In this document: positions 51,651 through 64,000 of the stretch, piece after piece
Numbering within the stretch: position 1 is the first letter of the stretch
Layout of the letters: each line of letters opens with the position of its first letter
Assembly: GCA_000320545.1 (NCBI GenBank)
Contig: ADNK01000245.1
Location: 1-64,000, forward strand
Reading direction: 5' to 3'
Source of the DNA: Bigelowiella natans CCMP2755
Taxonomy: Eukaryota > Protista > Cercozoa
Length of the DNA: 64,000 nucleotides
Notes under the pieces: model-generated
What the model was told of the DNA's origin: nothing
Seen by the model: only the letters and a program-made list of their open reading frames with translations
Databases searched by the model: none
Program-made: the position numbers and the translations under genes

Positions 51651-52269
51651 CAGCAGCACAATGAAGTGCTGGAGTGGCACCATGCTGTCGCATCGCTCTG
51701 CGAGGGTGTGCTGGTGTGCCTTGCACACCACGCCGCCATTGTTTGGAAGTCGTGACAATTTGTCATTGTCACTTGCACATCACACACCCGGAATGACTAG
51801 ATGAGAGCACAACGACACTGTCTAGCTGTGGCAAACATGCATGCAAAATGGAGCCTGATGGCGAGGTGTGTCCAGGGAGACGTGCTAGCGTGGAGTGGTC
51901 TGGTGGTGGAGCTCTAGAGCTGTGTGCGCTGCGAGCACTCGCACCATCATTGTGCAGCTGTGCCTGAAAAACTTTGTGAAGAACAAAGCACATGAGGTGT
52001 CTTTTGAATTTGGAGTGGTCGACAACTCCCTGTGCAAGACTGTGCTCCGTTGTGCCCTGCTAGCCTAGCTACGAGTGCAGCGTCACATTGTGATGTCGTC
52101 ATTTCCAGGAATATTTCACATTGCATGAACACATTGAACAACATGCATGCCGCTTACACATTTTGTTTGAGATTCAAAATGTCACATTCATTGCATCACA
52201 TGCAGTCACTCTCATGAATGAGGTGGAAGACTTTGCTAGCTTGCCACTGCATTGCACTAACTGCCTATC

Positions 52270-53841
52270 TTAATATCCAGAAGAGGCTTGCCGAATGAGA
52301 GGAAACGGGGGCATTGGAGTTTCCATTTCGTTAGCAGGGGGGACACGGACCTCATGTCCAACACCACTAGGTGCAGGTTCGAAATCGAAAATGGATGATT
52401 TTGAATATAGCTCCTCATGGATATTGCCTGTTCCTGAAACATCTTCACCGAGCAACTCGTTTTGGTGTCTATCTTCCATCTTTTGTTTTGAGTTGTCATT
52501 GGACTAAAGTTCATAGGTTTGTACACCAAGTTTAAAAAGACAAAGCTAACCGATCGATAAAAATCATATTGATGCAAAATTATACCTTGCAGAGTAGAGA
52601 CGGTGGAGAAATATAGGAGCTCTGCTGGAAGAAGTTTTTTGGTACTGCATTGATTGACTCTATCTTACTTTCATTTATCCCGACATTGTCCAATCTTTTT
52701 GACTTTGTTTTTGGCTTTTCGCTCCTTAGAGCAGCTTGGTGTTTCCTTTTTCTCAAATTTATCTGACAACACATGTAGATGCTCAAAAAGTAATTAATAT
52801 TCTCCATTATTTATTACTTGATCATTTCGACGATCTCGTTCCTTGAAAACAGTTTCCACTGCATCCAAGCGTGTTGTAAATTGTTCCAAAACAAGAAGGG
52901 CTGAATTCATGGCTTTGTGGGTATTGCTAAGTTTTGCTTGGGTTTCCTGAAGTTGCTTCAAAACTTGGGTAATATCAGACTCTTTGTTTGGGAGGGGTGG
53001 AAGAATAGTCCGTGATTTTGCCATGCTTGGTCGCTTGGATCGGGACTAACAAACAGGTTTATGATGAGGTCATGCGGCTTGCATAAAATTGTTTGTACCC
53101 CGCACCTCAATCGGGTTTGAGAAAACCTCATTTAGGGATGGAAAAGCCTGAATAAATGCCAGGTTTAATTTTCATACTTCCAAAGTGTATCCCTTTAAGT
53201 ACTAACCATCTCTTCAGCTCTTCCCTTTGGATCAGCGAAACACCGAACACGAAATTTTTGGTTCATAAAGCTCTTAGATACTTTATTAATCCTAAACCTG
53301 AACATAGCTTCACGTGCTTCGCGATTTACAATGATAATTTTACTTTTCGTCTCGTCAGGAAAGCAGAGTTGAAGAATTCCCTGAAATTTATCCCCTACTC
53401 TCCTGATGAATGATATTAGATCATACTTCCTAGAATGTTCTTTTTTGCACCCAAGAGCGTACTTTCGATCCTCAAAATAGAGATCTAACTTCAGCTCTAC
53501 TTCGAAGTTAAGAGGGAGTTGGCCTTCCAGTTTAACCCCAACAGTCAAAAACTATGCAAAATGGGTGTTTATGTATGTTCTGAAGCGCATGCAATCTACA
53601 CAAGCTTACAGTGTCCTTTTTCACGCCGACATCCTGAATGTGGTCATGCATGACAACAAAAAATCAATTCTACTGGATCGCATGATTGAAGCTGTGGTTA
53701 CCTTGTACCAAATGGGAGACGGTTGACTCGTTATTACGATTCGAGGAATATCACTCAATTCAAAACTGCGAATGCAAATACACTTGTAAAAACGTATAGT
53801 CAACCCTTCCTGGTCTACATGAACCTGGTCTGGTTCTCCAT
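52270..53841 (-). CDS. CudA-like DNA-binding protein
   Basis: Spliced MENQTSFELSDIPRIVITSQPSPIWYK|DVGVKKDT|FLTVGVKL..AMFRFRINKVSKSFMNQKFRVRC..SKRP followed by a coiled coil. It resembles the WYKDEGG..FRIxxVSxxHxxQxF signature I recall for protist CudA-like factors. Confidence 0.6.
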
Positions 53842-54106
53842 GTTCAATTTTCGATCCTCAAAGAAAATTCTTTGTACCATCTTACGAATTCTCTTTAAGA
53901 ATGGTACAATCCTATGTCGCAAATGGCTAACGCCATGCGGGTATCATTTTTGATCCAAATAGTGCATCACTCAAAAATGCGTAGATTTTTTCCTCCGTAA
54001 GAGTCATTTCCCCGTCGCGCATTTCACCTTCAGTGTTGTCTCAGAAAGATTTCGGCCTTGATTGATCTCTTTCACATCATCAATGAAGACTTTATTTTGA
54101 TCTTAT

Positions 54107-56653
54107 ATGTTTGGGGGAAATGAAAGTGGCCCTTCTTCACAATCTACTTTGTTTCAGTGTGCCTGCATGCCACATTCCTTCAATAATTCACTTGAATCTA
54201 CAGGATTCAAAAAGCAAGCGATCCTTTGGATCCTTCGGTCACACAGGGAGAGCATCATTAAACAGATCTTTGCTGCAACAGTTACAGCTACTGAAGGTGG
54301 AGAAAATAATCCGATCAAGGACAACGATGACTTCGCTATGATTGACGAAACTTCATTGCCATTCGTGCCAATAGTTCTTAAAATTGATCTTATTCTGCTT
54401 TTTCAAAGGTATGTACATTCAGATTGGTAATTTAAGTGAAAAAGTGCTTTAAAAATGTCAATTTAACACAAATTTTTATTGTGCAGGGACATTCAATTTG
54501 CCAATCATCTTTTGAAGAAGTTCAACACCAGTCACAAGATCATCTCTGATATTTTACCAAAGTTAGTGAGCAGTAAATTCTTTCAAAGGTTGCCTGAAAA
54601 ATCACGAAGGAAATCATTTCATCTCACATTACGCTTTTCCACCTTTGGACCGCCAGTGAGGTTGTTTCTGGTTCGTGTCCACTTTAGACATATGACACTT
54701 GTTTTTGGTCAGGAGAATCACAGGTTTTACAAATCTACAATTTGGCTTATAATTATCATCACCACCTAGATTTTAGGGCGAATGACAGGTTGCAACATTG
54801 TCATATCTGGAGTTATTCAAAAGGTTGCCTAGATATATAATTGAGTTAAGGATTTCGAAATGTTCTTGATTTATTTACCTCGTACCGAAGGTTTTCCCCG
54901 CGAGCCATTTCTTCTACTCAAGTGCCAGTGTTTCTCGAATCGAAATGTCATGCCAAGTCTTGAAGGTGCAAATTACAATTTTCTGTGGAAATCTTAATGT
55001 GTGTCATGCAGTTAGCCCCAATAATAAATTTCTGGAACCGCTCTGAGGAACGCACTGGTTCGCCATTCTCAAAGTCTCCTCTTTGGATGATTCTAACTGC
55101 AGAACTCGTACATTTATTGTTTGATGTACAAGATTAGTTTATCTCATCATGCTATTTCAGGTCAACCTAAACATTGCAGAAGGAGATGAGATACTGGTAA
55201 ACTACCGAACATCGAAATCCAATGGCGAAATAATTTACAACTCCCATGCTAGTCTTTTTGCAACTTTCAGTCCATTGGAATGCTTCAAATGAAACCTCCT
55301 AAGGAGATTATCAGCATTCTACCTCAGAAATGCAAGAGGACGACATCGTTTCTGTTTTTGGTCGTCATATTAATACTAAGAAACACCTACTGTTTAGATT
55401 TCTAACGAATAACTTCAGGTAAATAACATTATCTGGGCTGGCCATAAATCCCTTGATAAAGCATTAGTAGACACTTCACTATCACCACTCGATGATTGTA
55501 CTGAAGATACAAAATTTGATGGATGGTCCCAGACGTCAGTGTTCTTAGATAGTTTTTCAGCTAAAGTAGCACCTCATGGATATGGACGGTAAACTTTTCC
55601 AGTTAAAATTTCTATTGTTTGAGTTTATGCTATTTGTGTTGCATTTATTTTCCCGGAGATCACTAAACTTAGCCATGCTATTGAGCGTTCTCTCTGGAAC
55701 TCAAATCTCGAAGGATTCTACTCTGACCAACGACCAATTGCACTTGCTCGTTAGCTCAAACGATGTCATTGTTCAGCGTATGATGACCTATGTAAGCTAT
55801 CAAATACAATTTATTGAATGTTGATTCACAAAAACATAAAATATTTACTTCCATAAGGCAACCACATTCTACAAAAGATGCATTATCTACAATGAAATAC
55901 CCAGCCAAAAAGAGTGGATAAAAATGAATGGCGGTTTGATATTCTTCCGTTTACAAGCTACACCAAAGAAAAATACAGTACTTCTGGAGAAAATAATTAA
56001 AGAAAGGACATCGACTGTCTGGGTCCTAGTTCCATCTTCGATTCGAAATATGAAAAAAGATTACAATAAACTGGCTTATCAATTTGATCTTGTTGTTAAT
56101 ATCGATCCAATTTACGATTCCAAGATGGATACTATGTTATCCTCTTTTATTTTAGATGGATATCGATCTCCAACTGCTGGATTTTCCGTGGAGAGTTTAT
56201 CACAGCGCCGTTCATTGGAAGTTCATATGACTAGGCATGCACAGGAGTTAATTAAAGATTACTTCATGGCAGCCCGTGCAAGAAGAAATAGCTATACATT
56301 TCATGAATTAGAAACGATTGCAAGAGTTTCCAGGTGTCATTGTAGGCTGCATCAACGAAAACTTGTTACTCTGTTAGGTATATATGTAATGATGAATACA
56401 TACCTCCTCAAATTCTGACATAATTTATTTTATAACTCTTATGTCAAAATTTGTATGAAACACTACAGACGTGTTCGTTGCCATCATGGTGGTGGAAGAG
56501 ACTATGGTGAAGAAACTAAGGAGGTCCCACATGGAATTTGTGGATTTAGAAAACGGAAATCTTAATGTTGACTTGCAATTTGAGGGTGAGCTGCCCATTG
56601 AACGGTTTCAAAATTTTGTCGACCAAGCTAATAGATTTATGGCTAATTTGTGA
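54107..56653 (+). CDS. MCMDC2: MCM-domain-containing protein 2-like (degenerate MCM AAA+)
   Basis: C-terminal lid YQFDLVV..MTRHAQELIKDYFMAARARR..ELETIARVSRCHCRLHQRKLVTLL|DVFVAIMVVEET and N-terminal LKIDLILLFQ|RDIQFANHLL. No intact Walker A motif seen. Confidence 0.65.
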
Positions 56654-57217
56654 GAATGACGTGGCTACGATGTGATGATTGTTGAGCTTTACATTTCAAC
56701 GTGTCTACGAAAATTGAAGTCTAAAACATTAGACTGAAACATTAGAGTCACTGCTGAGACTCATGCTAGCATGGTAGTGCACCTTCTTTCAGATAAAGAC
56801 AAGCTGACATGCAGGTTGCAGCACGATCTATTTTTCCGATTTTGCATTTGAATCGCAGAGTGACATTGCAGTGTGCGTTGATGCATGGACATGCACAGCA
56901 GGCCAGAAAGCAAACGGGACATGAAGCAAGCATGTTTGGCATTGTGCAACACGATGATGCATGTGCGGAGATGTCAAAATTTGCTCATCAATGCGATGCA
57001 TGCATTTGGATGTGACTAGTACTGTCAAATTGATCAATCTAGCGTCATGTGGCATGATTGAACGTTGTCGATGTCTAGACGTTTTTGTTGCGAATGGTCA
57101 TTGCTGTTGTGCAACACGTGACAGAAAGCAAACGAATTTTCTAATGACACGTTTGGTTGTCTGTACAAATACTCGTCTAAATAAAAAACAAGTGGTCCAG
57201 CAAATGCGTGCATTAAT

Positions 57218-62336
<5,119 letters not shown>

Positions 62337-62639
62337 CGTGCGGATTTAGTCCGCGGTAAGGCGGGGAGGAGACAGAGAGTGATCTCTGTAGTTAGTTAGT
62401 TGGTGTGAGAGCTGTCCGTTCCCCCTCCGTGTTCGGGTTTTCCGAACAATAAACAGCACCAAAAAGAGATCGAGTAGAGGGCGTTACAAAGGTGCGACAA
62501 TATCTTACCACCCAAAATATGTGCTAGTGCATATTTCGAAAATAGAAAGATATCTTACGATATTGAATGGATGAAAAATAGACCAAAATAAGAAATGTGT
62601 CCCAACAGTCCCACAACATATCACCACATCACAACAGCT

Positions 62640-63393
62640 ATGGCTACTGGAGAGGAGCCGGCCAAGCCCAAGCCCTCCAGCCTTGCTAAAAGCGAGGAGA
62701 AAGAGGATCTTGTCACGGGAACGGATTCAAAAACCAAGGAAGGAGAAGAAAATCCCGCCGGAAAGAGCAACACTTCGAAGAAAAGGAAAAAAAAAAAGAA
62801 AAAAAGGAAGAGGTGACTTTGTCTTCTTCGTCTTCTTCTCAATTGTGATTGCTTTTTTGCTTGCATTGGCATCAGAAATGCAAAGCTATCCGCTAGTGGG
62901 CTCCCATCTGCTGCCGACCTACTGGGTTCCGTTGACGTCCCCGAATTTCTTGAGAAGAAACTGAAAGAGGTGAGAGAGACTGAGTCAAGAGAGAAGAAGG
63001 GGGATGCAGCACCAACCTTAATCGTTTTCTTCGCACATTAATTCTTCGATCAGGATAAAACTGCAAGATTTGAGGCCAGATTAGAGGCTGAAGAAGAAAG
63101 AAAAAAGGATCTAGAGGTCAGAGTTTGTAAACCATATTATTCTGCATGCAGCCCCGGATCAATCAGCCATCGTGTGGAGGGACCATCATATATGTAATAT
63201 TTGGTGGAATCGTGGGCGTAAATATGTTCCGTAATTGCGCAACAGGCTCAGATCACTATGATGGAGGAAGCGAACGAAAGACAAGCTCAAATTGACCTTG
63301 AACACGAGGAGGCTACGACAGCATACAAGGTGTAGTATACTGATGCAATATCTAGAATAAAAATACTTATATTTATCCATGTGTAGGTGTGCA

Positions 63394-63430
<37 letters not shown>

Positions 63431-63564
63431 TTCCTATTAGTTATCAAAGAAAAAATGAAACGCTTAAATTATGCAAAATGTTTGTTCTTCTTTTCCTTAT
63501 AGGAGCAGAGAAGGCGTTCGAAACAATCAAGGCCAAGAGGCCCAAAGCAGCCAAAATTGTATGA
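62640..63564 (+). CDS. Small Lys/Glu-rich hypothetical nuclear protein
   Basis: Five short GT-AG-bounded exons, a poly-Lys NLS-like run and LPSAADLLGSVDVPEFL. Family not established. Confidence 0.55.
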
Positions 63565-64000
63565 ACCGAATGTCGATACACAAGTTCCATTAATACAGCA
63601 GCAAATACGAAGCACACTCATGCACGTGAGCGCCATTAGGATGTGCGTATTGCAAATGTAGGTGATATTTGTCACATTTGCACACATTAGATACGTTATT
63701 TGTATTTGATTGCCTCTAAAGCCGCATTAGCACAGCTTTTGATTTGCAACAGACGGGTCTTTGTGCACATCTAGACATCTCCAAGCAGCGATGTACTAGG
63801 GTTTTGTTCGAAAGTTTGTGGTGCTCGACAGCATGCACAGTTTAATGTGCATAACCACGCATGCTAGCATGCACCAGCCGGGTCTAGCCAATTATTTCAA
63901 TCGCACGTGCCGCCGCGAGACTAATTATAGCTGCTAGGACCTGCAATGCAGCTAAAAGCATGGTCTGTACTAGTGTAGTCCATGTCTACATGTGCAGCAT

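Larger units (their letters stand above)
49514..51705 (+). mobile_element. Disrupted, intron-containing pogo/Tc1-mariner-like transposase gene (PB1, AT-hook, HTH region); no DDE core seen
   Basis: PB1 (HLKFEVCGEVRIF..ITYKDSEGDVVRV, with a 1-nt frameshift near 49700), KPGRPKK, RKNWGYGKNLEILNKALE|SWD..VPRGTLLQYV..GRSVGKKPKI..KDEASNGV, then |VVNLG..VKGQSTTSKR. It resumes as VLEWHHAVASLCE at 51666-51704. Predicted introns 50157-50317 and 50628-50814. The family call comes from recalled similarity to protist pogo-like proteins. Confidence 0.65.

Overview
This is a gene-dense, intron-rich nuclear segment of a microbial eukaryote. A chlorarachniophyte or other SAR alga is my inference, from a signal-plus-transit-like leader on a carrier protein, CudA-like and Zn2Cys6 transcription factors, and CCCTAA repeats. 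It carries about 15 spliced or intronless protein genes: DHX33-like helicase, longin-Zn2Cys6 protein, IMP1, SLC25 carrier, pyroglutamyl peptidase, degenerate kinesin, DAD1/OST2, PB1 protein, PKD1/REJ-like receptor, CudA-like factor, MCMDC2-like, L2HGDH, and several unknowns. It also holds a broken pogo-like transposase gene with a tRNA-Ile(AAT) inside one predicted intron, and LINE-like 3' ends. The strongest unexplained signal is a set of 0.5-1.7 kb intergenic or repeat-bearing islands in which TpA has been almost completely erased, CpG is kept, and the surviving TpA sits almost only in CTAG. A mutated (CCCTAA)n array and discordant repeat copies indicate the direction TA->TG/CA. This looks like a localised, RIP-like but opposite-polarity (A->G / T->C) hypermutation acting on TAH motifs. 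Exon boundaries and dinucleotide counts were read by eye and need computational confirmation.
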